Below the pieces are notes generated by a model. It had not been told where the DNA came from and did not search any database. It saw only the letters and a list, made by a program, of their open reading frames with translations. From an uncultured Candidatus Saccharibacteria bacterium (lineage in GTDB: Bacteria > Patescibacteriota > JABMPQ01 > JAQVVF01), in NCBI GenBank assembly GCA_964574655.1, contig CAZNOH010000001.1, forward strand, positions 73,852 to 137,851: a stretch of 64,000 nt of DNA, written 5' to 3'. How positions within the stretch are numbered: position 1 is the first letter of the stretch; every line of letters begins with the position of its first letter. A program made the translations under genes and the position numbers. This document shows, one piece after another, positions 37,433 to 47,051 of the stretch.

Positions 37433-37631
37433 TATAAAAAATTCTAAATTCTAAACACTAAATCCTAAATAAATTCAAATTATCAAAATTCAAAAAGTGT
37501 TTTTTGTTTTTGGTATTTTTTTATTTTAAATTTATTTAGAGTTTAGAATTTAGGATTTTTAATTTTAGTTCATTTCTATTATAATACATTTGGGAAGAGT
37601 ATTCCCGTCCTTTGAAAAATAGGAGGGCAGG

Positions 37632-38288
37632 ATGAGGAAAATGGGAGGGTTTTTTATTTGGTTGAGTTTTTTGTTTTTAAGCTGTGTTGATAGTATCAAC
37701 AGTAACGGAGTTATCTCAGATACTAAATTGCAAAATAACGGTTCAAGCAATGCGAAAGATGAAGAATCTGAGACTGAAAATGTTAATTCTGGAAAAAAAG
37801 AACCTTGGGATTATCGCCAAACAAATTATCAAAATAATGATTTAGGATTTAGATTGTCGTATCCGAATAGTTGGAATTTCTTGGAAACTGGCGATGTTGA
37901 TTCTGGGCTTGTTTTAATGATGGGTAATTTTGATTTTGATGGTTTATATCATCCAAAAGAAAATGAGATTTCAGTCGAAGGACTATATTATGATAATCCT
38001 GAAAATATTGATTTGTGGAATTTTGCAATTTTGAAACGTCCTAATTTTCGAGGAATGTTGGTAAATTATGAAATAAGCGATGAAAGCTTGAGGCTATTAT
38101 TTGATTGCATAGAAATGCCGGAAGATTATCAAGGCGAATGGATGTCTGGATATGTTGAAGATTATTATTTTGCAAAAGATGATAGAGTTTACTTTTTTTC
38201 AGCATCTGTTTTGGAAAGAGACGCGATTTTTTTGGCAGAGTTTGAAACAATGATGGCTAGTTTTGAATTTTATCCTCCTTCGTTTTAG
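37632..38288 (+). CDS. acidic lipoprotein, unknown function
   Basis: Lipobox LFLSC; Asp/Glu-rich. Confidence 0.45.
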   Translation: MRKMGGFFIWLSFLFLSCVDSINSNGVISDTKLQNNGSSNAKDEESETENVNSGKKEPWDYRQTNYQNNDLGFRLSYPNSWNFLETGDVDSGLVLMMGNFDFDGLYHPKENEISVEGLYYDNPENIDLWNFAILKRPNFRGMLVNYEISDESLRLLFDCIEMPEDYQGEWMSGYVEDYYFAKDDRVYFFSASVLERDAIFLAEFETMMASFEFYPPSF

Positions 38289-38348
38289 GATTTTGGATGA
38301 TAAGAGGTCTGCCTTCGCTAAAGCTTCGGCAGACGAGGGAGGTCGAAA

Positions 38349-40151
38349 ATGAACGCTAGAAAATTTGTTGTTTTGTTTGGCTTGTTGATTTTTGGGATTG
38401 ATTCTGAAATTTTTGCCTCGCCAATTGAATTGTATGCTCCGTGGAGATCTGGACAGCGCTGGCAAATTGGCGGAGGCGGTAATTTTTATGGCGAGGGCTA
38501 TCATGTTGGATTGAGCCATTTCTGCGTTGATGTAAATGCTGTTGATTCTGATGACATGGGCCAAGATATTTTGGCTGTAGCAGACGGAGTTGTTTCGCAA
38601 GCATTTTTTAATGATGGCTATGGTTGGATGGTGAGAATTAATCATGCCAATAATACCCAAACTTTGTACGCGCATTTATTGGAACAGCCGTCTGTTTCTG
38701 TAGGCCAAAGAGTTTTGCGTGGTGATGCAATTGGAAGATGCGACAATACGCCAGGCATGCCTTTTTCTACTGGTTCTCATTTGCATTTTTGCTTATTCCA
38801 AAATGGAGCATCTGTTGAACCATCTCCAATTGAAGGGCATGATTTGTTCAATGGAATCATAATAACTTCAGGAAATTTTGGCCAGCCAAGATATTCGTGC
38901 GAGTATTATCGGCAGGATCCAGATGATTTAATAGAATTAAATCCAGATGAAGAAAAAGATTTTATTGTTGCTTTTAGAAATACCGGATCAAATTATTGGA
39001 GTAATGACAGAGAGAATGATAATTATGTTGAACTAAGATCTGTTAATCGAGATGGCGATATAATATCTAGTTTTTTGTGCCATGATTCTTGGTTGGGAAA
39101 TAATTGTCAAAGAGTAATCAGTCAAACAACTGCAAGAGTTTCATCTTCCGAGGTTGCTTGGTTTAGGTTTAAGGTTAAAGCAAGAGATGATGCTGAATTG
39201 GGTCATGAATATACTGTGTATTTTAGAATTTGGCATAAGTCAGCGGGATTTTTGAATGATTGGGCAGAAATGCATTTCAGAGTTGTTGTTAGAAGAATTG
39301 TTGAATGCCAAGTTGGTCAAATTGAAAAAAGACCTTGCGATTTTTGTGGTGAACAAATTAGACAATGTAATAATAGATTGCTTTGGACTGAATGGAGTCA
39401 ATGCGGATTGTTAGCTGGACTTGAATGTGAGTCTTTGCAATTTCAGATTCAATCTTGCGGACATTGCGGGACAATGAGAAGAGACTGTGATATTTCTTGC
39501 TTGTGGCTGGCTTGGGATATTTGTCAAGAAGCTGGAGTCTGCGAACCAAATCAGGTTGAAGAATTTGAATGTCCATATAATATAGGAGAGTGCAGAGTTG
39601 GCAGAGCAAGGCGAACTTGCGGACCGACATGTCTTTGGGCGAGTTTGACGGATTGCGTACCACAAGGCAGAAGTCCAGAAGTTTGTGATTTGAAAGATAA
39701 TGATTGCAATGGATTAATTGATGATGGAGCACATTGTAAACAGCAAGTCTTTAGATATTACTATAACAGGAATGGAGATGTAGCACATTTACTAAGGTTA
39801 GAAAATGATGGAGTAGACGGTTATAGATTTGAAGGCGAGAAATTTAAGACTTATCGAGAAAAGGTTGATGGTCGGTTGACTGAATTATGGAAATTGAAAA
39901 GAGCGAATCCGCGCGATCATTTTTATACGATTTCCGACAATGAAAGAGATGGAGCAAATAACTATGAACAAAAAGGAAATATTGGTTTTTGTGCAAGACA
40001 AGAAGTAGCAGGATCTGTGCCTTTATATAGATTATATAATAATCAAGCGACAGATCATTTGTATACAATAAGTAGAGATGAACGCAATAATGCTAGAGAT
40101 AATTTAGGCTATCAAACTGAAGGGATTGAATGTTGGGTTTGGCAACCGTGA
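38349..40151 (+). CDS. secreted M23-family metallopeptidase fused to Cys-rich repeats and DUF5648-like repeats
   Basis: HxH motif GSHLHFCLF and HxxxD region (M23/LytM); eight or more CxxC-type repeats; C-terminal DHFYTISDNER / DHLYTISRDER repeats. Confidence 0.65.
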   Translation: MNARKFVVLFGLLIFGIDSEIFASPIELYAPWRSGQRWQIGGGGNFYGEGYHVGLSHFCVDVNAVDSDDMGQDILAVADGVVSQAFFNDGYGWMVRINHANNTQTLYAHLLEQPSVSVGQRVLRGDAIGRCDNTPGMPFSTGSHLHFCLFQNGASVEPSPIEGHDLFNGIIITSGNFGQPRYSCEYYRQDPDDLIELNPDEEKDFIVAFRNTGSNYWSNDRENDNYVELRSVNRDGDIISSFLCHDSWLGNNCQRVISQTTARVSSSEVAWFRFKVKARDDAELGHEYTVYFRIWHKSAGFLNDWAEMHFRVVVRRIVECQVGQIEKRPCDFCGEQIRQCNNRLLWTEWSQCGLLAGLECESLQFQIQSCGHCGTMRRDCDISCLWLAWDICQEAGVCEPNQVEEFECPYNIGECRVGRARRTCGPTCLWASLTDCVPQGRSPEVCDLKDNDCNGLIDDGAHCKQQVFRYYYNRNGDVAHLLRLENDGVDGYRFEGEKFKTYREKVDGRLTELWKLKRANPRDHFYTISDNERDGANNYEQKGNIGFCARQEVAGSVPLYRLYNNQATDHLYTISRDERNNARDNLGYQTEGIECWVWQP

Positions 40152-40340
40152 CACAAATTTTATACAAATTTAAGACAGATTTTACACAAATAACACAAAT
40201 ATAAAAATAAAAAATTGCTCTTTTTGAGGCTAACTGAATTAAGTTAGCTTTTTTGTCTGTTGATAACTTTCTTGTGGGGGGGGTTATATATGTTAGGTTT
40301 AAGTTAAAGAAATTTTTATAAAAAAATAAAATTTAAAAAC

Positions 40341-42842
40341 ATGAGAAAGTATTTATTAACAAGTTTTTTTTGTGCTGTGTTTTTGTTGTTAGGTATTTTG
40401 GGAATAACGAAAACAAGTTTAGCTACTGATGGAACTTGGAGCGCAGTCAGCGCAGGAATGAATGGCGGAATTAATTCTTTGGCAGTTTATAACAGCGAGT
40501 TGTATGCTGGTGGCAGTTTTACAACTGCTGGCGGTACAACAACTAACTATATTGCTAAGTGGAATGGCTCATCTTGGAGCGCAGTTGGCTCAGGGGTAAA
40601 CGGTGAAGTAAACTCGTTAGCAGTTTATAATAATGCATTGTATGTTACTGGCAGTTTTACATCAGCTGGTGGTAGTTCTGCTGTTCGTATTGCCAAATGG
40701 GATGGCTCATCTTGGAGCGCGCTTGGTTTAGGAATTGGAGGCGAAGGCTATTCTTTAGCAGTTTATAATAATGAATTATATGTCGGTGGCAATTTTACAT
40801 CTGCTGGCGGTCTTGTTAGAAATTATATTGCTAAATGGAATGGCAGTACTTGGAGCAAAGCTTATGATATTGTAGAGCCGAATTCAACTGTCAATGCTTT
40901 AACAGTATACAACAGTGAGCTATATGTTGGCGGAGCTTTTTCAAATATTGGAGCAAATATTTCTAAATTGACTGTTACAGGCTGGCAGGCATTGAGTTCA
41001 GGCACTAATGCTTCTGTTTTATCATTAACATCGTATAACAGTAATGTTTATGCTGGAGGCAATTTTACAACTGCTGGTGGTACAGCAACTAACTATATTG
41101 CTAAGTGGACAGAAGCGACTCCAACTCCAGCGCCAACAGTTGTTGAAATACAACAACAGAATTTAGTTGATGGAAAGAAAGTAAAACTAAAAAAAGCATT
41201 AAAAAAGCAAACAATATCTGGTCAAGACTTAAAATTGAATTTCAAAAAACTGCCAACGAAATTAACAAAAGGCAGCAAGTATTATATGAAATGGAACAAG
41301 AATGAAAAATATCCAAAAAATGTTATAAAAGTCAAGAAGATGGCGATGAAAAAAGTATGGAATTTGAAGACTGACTTGAAAAAATACAAGGCAAAAAAGA
41401 AAAAAGATAATTACAAGATTAAAGTGACATTTCAATATACTGATGCTGAGTTTGAGGCGATGAAGAAAAAGAACAAAAAGCTGAAAGAAGAAGAATTGGC
41501 ATTGTATGCAAAAAAGAAAAGAGATACAGAATGGAGAATTGCTAGTGAAATGTATTCAAATGCTGATGTTGAACATGATGCCGAAAACAACGCTTTTATT
41601 TTTTACACAACAAATCTTTTAACTTCAACTCTTTTAACTTCAACTGTTACATCTTCTGATCCATTAACTGCCAATTTTGATTTTATGATTGCTGATGCGG
41701 GTTGGGAACCAATGGGTTCGGGAATTAATAATGGTACTATTAAGGATATGCAGTTTTATAAAGGTAACTGGTATGTAGGAGGTCATTTTAATATTGGAGG
41801 AGAATATAATCTTGCTAAATGGGAACATGGTACATGGACAGCAGTGGGTGGTGGAATTGGAGCTAGATTTGGTGTTGTAAATGCTTTGGAGGTTTATCGT
41901 AATGAACTTTATGTAGGTGGAACATATTATAATGATCAAGGTAATGAAGCCGATTATGGTAATCTTAGAATCTGGGATGGTAGACGCTGGAAACGCGGGG
42001 ATATTTTAAGGATTATAAAAGGTCGACCGAGATCCCAACCCAGTGTAACATCGATGTTGGTTCATAATAATGAACTTTATGTTGGATTTGCAGAGAGTTG
42101 TGTAAGAAGGGGAACACCTCATCATTTCGAAGTAGAAAACTCACCCGTTGCTGCTTGGAATGGTGCTAGTTATAGTTGGAGAACTTTTCCTGTTCGTGTA
42201 GATTTGTGTAGGGGCTCGTTGGGTCGTCCTGACCTGGTTCAGGTTGGGTCTATTCAGTTTTACCAGGACCAACTTTATATGATTGGTAATTTCGCTTTTG
42301 TGCATTATCGTGGAGATAACATTGGAAATGCTTATTATACTATGGGCATAGCAAAATGGGGTGGTACTGATCTTGGACATATTGGTTGGGAATCAGTAGG
42401 AACACTTAATGATAGTCCTTTTACTAATACTAATCATATAGATCCTAATACTCATATTGATAGTCCGCTTGCGACTGTTGCTGCTGTTTGGCAAAATAGA
42501 TTATATGTAGCAAGTTCAAATTTAAATAATGGAGTTAGGATGCACTCTTTTGATGGTTCAAACTGGGAAGAAGCTGGAGGTTTGGGATTAAATGATAACA
42601 ATATTATAAGATCAATGTTGGTTGATAAATGGGATGGAAATTTGTATCTTGCTGGAGATGGATTTTTTGGGAAATTACAGGAGTTTTGGGATTATGAATT
42701 TCTGTTTGATTGGCCGGGAATGACAAGATTTAATGTTATTAATCAGTCGTTATCTGGTTTATATATATATGCAGGTGGTAACTTTACGGATGTCGGTGGA
42801 TTACCAGCAAATCGTATTGCAAGAAAAAATCTTAGTCGTTAA
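40341..42842 (+). CDS. secreted beta-propeller repeat protein with central Lys-rich linker
   Basis: Signal peptide; eight or more SLAVYNxELYxGGxFTxAGG repeats; K-rich segment 41160-41520. Confidence 0.55.
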   Translation: MRKYLLTSFFCAVFLLLGILGITKTSLATDGTWSAVSAGMNGGINSLAVYNSELYAGGSFTTAGGTTTNYIAKWNGSSWSAVGSGVNGEVNSLAVYNNALYVTGSFTSAGGSSAVRIAKWDGSSWSALGLGIGGEGYSLAVYNNELYVGGNFTSAGGLVRNYIAKWNGSTWSKAYDIVEPNSTVNALTVYNSELYVGGAFSNIGANISKLTVTGWQALSSGTNASVLSLTSYNSNVYAGGNFTTAGGTATNYIAKWTEATPTPAPTVVEIQQQNLVDGKKVKLKKALKKQTISGQDLKLNFKKLPTKLTKGSKYYMKWNKNEKYPKNVIKVKKMAMKKVWNLKTDLKKYKAKKKKDNYKIKVTFQYTDAEFEAMKKKNKKLKEEELALYAKKKRDTEWRIASEMYSNADVEHDAENNAFIFYTTNLLTSTLLTSTVTSSDPLTANFDFMIADAGWEPMGSGINNGTIKDMQFYKGNWYVGGHFNIGGEYNLAKWEHGTWTAVGGGIGARFGVVNALEVYRNELYVGGTYYNDQGNEADYGNLRIWDGRRWKRGDILRIIKGRPRSQPSVTSMLVHNNELYVGFAESCVRRGTPHHFEVENSPVAAWNGASYSWRTFPVRVDLCRGSLGRPDLVQVGSIQFYQDQLYMIGNFAFVHYRGDNIGNAYYTMGIAKWGGTDLGHIGWESVGTLNDSPFTNTNHIDPNTHIDSPLATVAAVWQNRLYVASSNLNNGVRMHSFDGSNWEEAGGLGLNDNNIIRSMLVDKWDGNLYLAGDGFFGKLQEFWDYEFLFDWPGMTRFNVINQSLSGLYIYAGGNFTDVGGLPANRIARKNLSR

Positions 42843-42954
42843 AATGTTTTGGATAATTACTTGTAAAAAGATTAAGACGGATTTGAAAAAGTTCACTTTC
42901 GTCTCCCTTTTCGGGGGAGACTTTGGTGAATAAGTCCGTCTTTTTTTGTTTGCT

Positions 42955-43006
42955 GAAGACGCTCGGCTTTTTCCGGAGAAAGCCGAGCGTCTTTAAATTT
43001 TTTTGG
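42955..43006 (+). terminator. rho-independent terminator (agacgctcggcttt...aaagccgagcgtct + T-run), preceded by a second hairpin at 42901-42921
   Basis: 16-bp perfect stem followed by a T-run after the 40341..42842 stop. Confidence 0.65.
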
Positions 43007-43156
43007 TTGTAAAAATGTTAAATTGTGGTATAATTAGGATAGTTTGGATTTCAGAAATGTCTTGGCAATCGTCTATCATTCGTCTATTTTTAGTCTATAG
43101 AAATTCATAAAAAGCTTATGTTCAAGCCAAAATTTAAAAAATAAATTATTTAATTT

Positions 43157-43318
43157 TATGTCAAAAAAAAATAGGGAAGAAATCGAAAAAAAATATTTTG
43201 GGGAGTTGCAATTTCCTAAAGATAGGCCTGCTTTTAAATTTGATGAAGCTTTAAGAAAGGCAGCAGAGGATGCCAAAAAAGCTATTGAATTGGAGGAGAA
43301 ATATGCTAGACAAAGTTA
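43157..43318 (+). CDS. putative small antitoxin-like protein (53 aa)
   Basis: Not in the ORF track (under 60 aa); overlaps a downstream PIN-like fragment in a TA-like arrangement. Confidence 0.25.
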
Positions 43319-43387
43319 AATATAAGCACCTTATTATTGATACTAATATAATTATTGAAGCAACGAGGCATTATGATGAATTCAAAT
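43301..43387 (+). pseudogene. truncated VapC-like PIN-domain toxin fragment
   Basis: MLDKVKYKHLIIDTNIIIE carries the first PIN acidic motif, then terminates; a further out-of-frame fragment follows at about 43395-43530. Confidence 0.3.
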
Positions 43388-43691
43388 AACGATCATTTTT
43401 CGACTAAATTGTTTGATAGAATAGGTATCTATACAATACCAACAGATAATAAGATATTTAATATTAGAATATATAAGTTTTCGGAAGTGAAATACAATGG
43501 ATTAAAGAATCGATTTGTAAGAATAAAAAAATAATAAAAAATTTTCAAACGAATATCTAAAGTTCGTTTTTTGTTATTTTGTGCTAATAATTTAGTAAAA
43601 GCAAATTTTTATAAGTATTATGTTGATAACTTTTATTCTATTAATGTTATAATAATATAAAGAAAAAAATTATAAAAAATAAACTAAAAAA

Positions 43692-44171
43692 ATGAAAAAA
43701 ATTGTTTTTTCAAGCATTATGTTTTGTCTATGTTTTGTTTTGGTGTCACCAAATTTTGCTGATGCCAAGACTTTTAAGAATCATTTGAATATGATTGGTA
43801 ATTATTTGAATCAGGCAAGATATGGTCAATTAGTAAATTCTTATGCTAATTCAAGAAATACTGGTTATTTAATCGGTACTTTTATGTCAGAAGGTCATTA
43901 TTATCCAAAAAGTATTTTGAAGAATGAAATAAAGCAAACTGATTATTTAGTATTGCAGAAAAAGATTTTGACAAAAGATCAATGGAATAATTATTTTACT
44001 AAAGTTAAGGCAAGAAAAAGAGGAATAGTAATTACTCAAAAAGTACCAACCAGCAGTTTAAGTCCCGAAGCTGTTATTTTTCAAGTTATTAAGAAGAATA
44101 ATGGCATTGTAACTTTGAGAGGTTATTTGGAATCTCAAGTTGAGACATTAGAGTTTTTCGGATTATTATAA
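43692..44171 (+). CDS. secreted hypothetical protein
   Basis: Signal peptide ...SPNFADA; 159 aa. Confidence 0.45.
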   Translation: MKKIVFSSIMFCLCFVLVSPNFADAKTFKNHLNMIGNYLNQARYGQLVNSYANSRNTGYLIGTFMSEGHYYPKSILKNEIKQTDYLVLQKKILTKDQWNNYFTKVKARKRGIVITQKVPTSSLSPEAVIFQVIKKNNGIVTLRGYLESQVETLEFFGLL

Positions 44172-44210
44172 AAAAAGGTAAAAAATAAGATTAAAAAGTA
44201 AGAAAAATAT

Positions 44211-46997
44211 ATGGCGAACAAAATAAAATTTTTATTATTTTCCGTTTTGGTGATATCTTGTGTTTTGTTAGTTTCTAATTTGGTTTTAGCGGCTGATGAG
44301 TATGTGCCTGATGAAATCATTGTTAAGTTAAATGAAAATGTGGCGACAACTGCGGAAAGCGCTGGCAAGATAGCTCAAGGTTTTGGAGCAAGTGTAGATA
44401 GAGTTGATACTTCGTCTGAATTTATGGTTTTGAAGTTGCCGACAACGGCAACAGTTGATCAGGCATTAGCGTATTATAATAATAAGAAGTTGCGACCGGA
44501 AGTGGAATATGCAGAGCCGAACTATATTTATCATGCTAGCTGGGCTCCGACGACTGATCCGAATTATCAATATCAATGGCATTTTCAAACGATAAGCTTA
44601 CCGCAAGCTTGGGACTATGATACAACGTTGCCTTTGCATGGCGGAGATTCTTCTGTTGTGGTGGCAGTTGTTGATACTGGTGTTGCTTATGAGAATTGGG
44701 ATATTTATTCTAAAGCAACTGATTTTACAGGCAGTTATCCGGCTTTTACATCTGGTTATGATTTTGTGAATAATGATGCTCATCCGAATGATGATCAGGG
44801 ACATGGAACTCATGTTGCGAGTACAATTGCAGAAAGTACTGATAATGGGGTTGGCGGAGCAGGAGTTGCTTTTAATTCAACAATAATGCCAATAAAGGTT
44901 TTGAATAGCGCAGGTAGCGGGCAAAGCGATTGGATTGCTTCTGGCATAACGTATGCCAAGGATCATGGTGCGCAAATACTAAACATGAGTTTGGGCAGTA
45001 CGAGTTATTCTCAAGTAATTGCTGATGCGGTGACAGGTGCGTCAAATGCTGGAGTTGTCATGTTCGCTGCAGCAGGGAATGGAGGAGGAGATGGCGTAGG
45101 AGATGCAGAATTGGATTATCCAGCTAGGCTATCTCAAGTAATTTCTGTTGGATCAACAAGATATCATAATAATCTAAGATCTTCTTTTTCAAATTATGGA
45201 ACTGGTCTTGATTTGGTAGCGCCTGGTGGGCAAACTGATGAAGGTTATTTTAATGGTTTTTATGGCTGGGGTTTGAGCAATTATGCTACTTTGTCTGCTT
45301 GTGTAACTGCAGTTTGGTTAAATTATGGCGTGGCAGATCCAAATTTATGTTCCGGCGATGGAATTGTTCAGCAAAGTTTTGCATCATTTTTTGAACCAGA
45401 TTATTATACTGGTTATACTACATTTGCAAATTGGCCGATTAATGGAACATCGCAGGCAACTCCGCATGTTGCAGGAACAGCAGCGCTTTTGAAAGCGTAT
45501 GGCGTTCCAAATAATAATATCAGATCAATTATTGATAATTCAGCAACTGATTTGGGATCAAGCGGTTATGATACAGAATATGGCCATGGACTTTTGAATG
45601 CAGCTAATGCTTTTACTTTTCCAACTATAAAATCTTTATCAGCATCTTCAGCTGATAATTCAGAGAATACAAATATTACAGTAACTGGAACTAATTTTAC
45701 GGCAGGAGCAACTATGGCAATTGGAACAACCTCCATGACAAATGTCAGTGTTACCAATAGTACAACAATTACAGCAACAGTGCCAAAACATATTTCGGCT
45801 GGGACTTATGATCTTTCAGTAACTTCTAATGGAAAAACAACTTCAGCATCTAGCGTTTTTACAGTTTTGAATTCTGCTCCTGATGATATTTCAAATTTAA
45901 GAATGATTGTAAAAAATGGCAGTGTTTATTTTAAATGGAAAAATCCGACAACCTGGGATTTTGAAAAGGTAAAAATATTAAGAAAAAATAAATCATTTCC
46001 GACAAGTTATGCTGATGGCAAGAAAGTTTTTCATAAAAAGAAAACGAGCTTTACTAATAAAAATTTAAATTCGAATAAAAAATATTATTATAAAATATAT
46101 ACTTATGATACAGCTGGCAATTATTCATCTGGCGTGCCAGTGGTAATTGTGCCAAAAACTAATTCTGTAGTTTCAGAAAATTCTAATAATTATTCGGCTA
46201 TTGGCGATGTTAATGCTGATGGCTTGGATGAAATAATTGTTGGCGCGAAAAAGGGCCATGATCCTAAGATTTTTATTACTGATAAAAATGGCAAGAAATT
46301 ATTTAAGAAAAATGGTTTTTATCCGTTTGGAAGTGGTAAGAGCAATTGTGGTGTAAATGTGGCAGCTGGAGATTTGAATATGGATGGAACTGACGAAATT
46401 ATTGCAAGCCAAGGATCTCCATGCAAGTCAAGAGTCAAAGTTTTTAATAAATCAGGAAAAGCTAAATTCAAGAAAAAAGGTTTTAAACCTTTCAAAAAAG
46501 CTGTTGGCGTAACAGTTGCATCAGGTGATTTAGATGGAGATAATTATGATGAAATTATAGTTGGCCAGGAAAAAGATTCGGCAAAGATTTATACTTATAA
46601 ATTATCAGGCAGTGATTTTGTAAAAACTTTTAAAACAAAAGGATGGAAAGCTTATTCTAATAATAGTGGAGTCAGATTAAATAGCGGAGATTTAGATTTT
46701 GATGGCAAAGATGAGATTGTAGCAATTCCAAATTCTGGAAAAAAGGAGATTAGAGTTTTTAATAAGAATGGTAAAAAGAAATTTAAATCTTTGGGCTTTC
46801 AACCGTATGCTAATTATTCCAATTATATGAGAGTGTTTGTTGGCGATGCTAATAATGATGGTTATGCAGAAATTTTGACAGCTTCTTTAGCAAACGCTAC
46901 AATAGACGCATGGAGCTATAAAGGACAGAACAGAGTTCCAAAGATTGCTGATAGATATGCTCTGGGAAGCAAAGAGTTTGTGGTTGGCAGGTTTTGA
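44211..46997 (+). CDS. secreted subtilisin-like serine protease (S8) with IPT-like and FG-GAP repeat domains
   Basis: Catalytic triad VVAVVDTGV (Asp), HGTHVAS (His), GTSQATPHVAG (Ser); five or more GDxNxDGxDEIIVG FG-GAP-type repeats at the C-terminus. Confidence 0.85.
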   Translation: MANKIKFLLFSVLVISCVLLVSNLVLAADEYVPDEIIVKLNENVATTAESAGKIAQGFGASVDRVDTSSEFMVLKLPTTATVDQALAYYNNKKLRPEVEYAEPNYIYHASWAPTTDPNYQYQWHFQTISLPQAWDYDTTLPLHGGDSSVVVAVVDTGVAYENWDIYSKATDFTGSYPAFTSGYDFVNNDAHPNDDQGHGTHVASTIAESTDNGVGGAGVAFNSTIMPIKVLNSAGSGQSDWIASGITYAKDHGAQILNMSLGSTSYSQVIADAVTGASNAGVVMFAAAGNGGGDGVGDAELDYPARLSQVISVGSTRYHNNLRSSFSNYGTGLDLVAPGGQTDEGYFNGFYGWGLSNYATLSACVTAVWLNYGVADPNLCSGDGIVQQSFASFFEPDYYTGYTTFANWPINGTSQATPHVAGTAALLKAYGVPNNNIRSIIDNSATDLGSSGYDTEYGHGLLNAANAFTFPTIKSLSASSADNSENTNITVTGTNFTAGATMAIGTTSMTNVSVTNSTTITATVPKHISAGTYDLSVTSNGKTTSASSVFTVLNSAPDDISNLRMIVKNGSVYFKWKNPTTWDFEKVKILRKNKSFPTSYADGKKVFHKKKTSFTNKNLNSNKKYYYKIYTYDTAGNYSSGVPVVIVPKTNSVVSENSNNYSAIGDVNADGLDEIIVGAKKGHDPKIFITDKNGKKLFKKNGFYPFGSGKSNCGVNVAAGDLNMDGTDEIIASQGSPCKSRVKVFNKSGKAKFKKKGFKPFKKAVGVTVASGDLDGDNYDEIIVGQEKDSAKIYTYKLSGSDFVKTFKTKGWKAYSNNSGVRLNSGDLDFDGKDEIVAIPNSGKKEIRVFNKNGKKKFKSLGFQPYANYSNYMRVFVGDANNDGYAEILTASLANATIDAWSYKGQNRVPKIADRYALGSKEFVVGRF

Positions 46998-47051
46998 TTT
47001 CGCAGAAAACGTAGAAGTCTAAAAAATTTAAATAATATTAAATAAAAAATT

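Noticed and set aside
41664-42380. Minus-strand ORFs inside the beta-propeller gene
   Set aside because: Shadow ORFs within a repeat-rich + strand gene.
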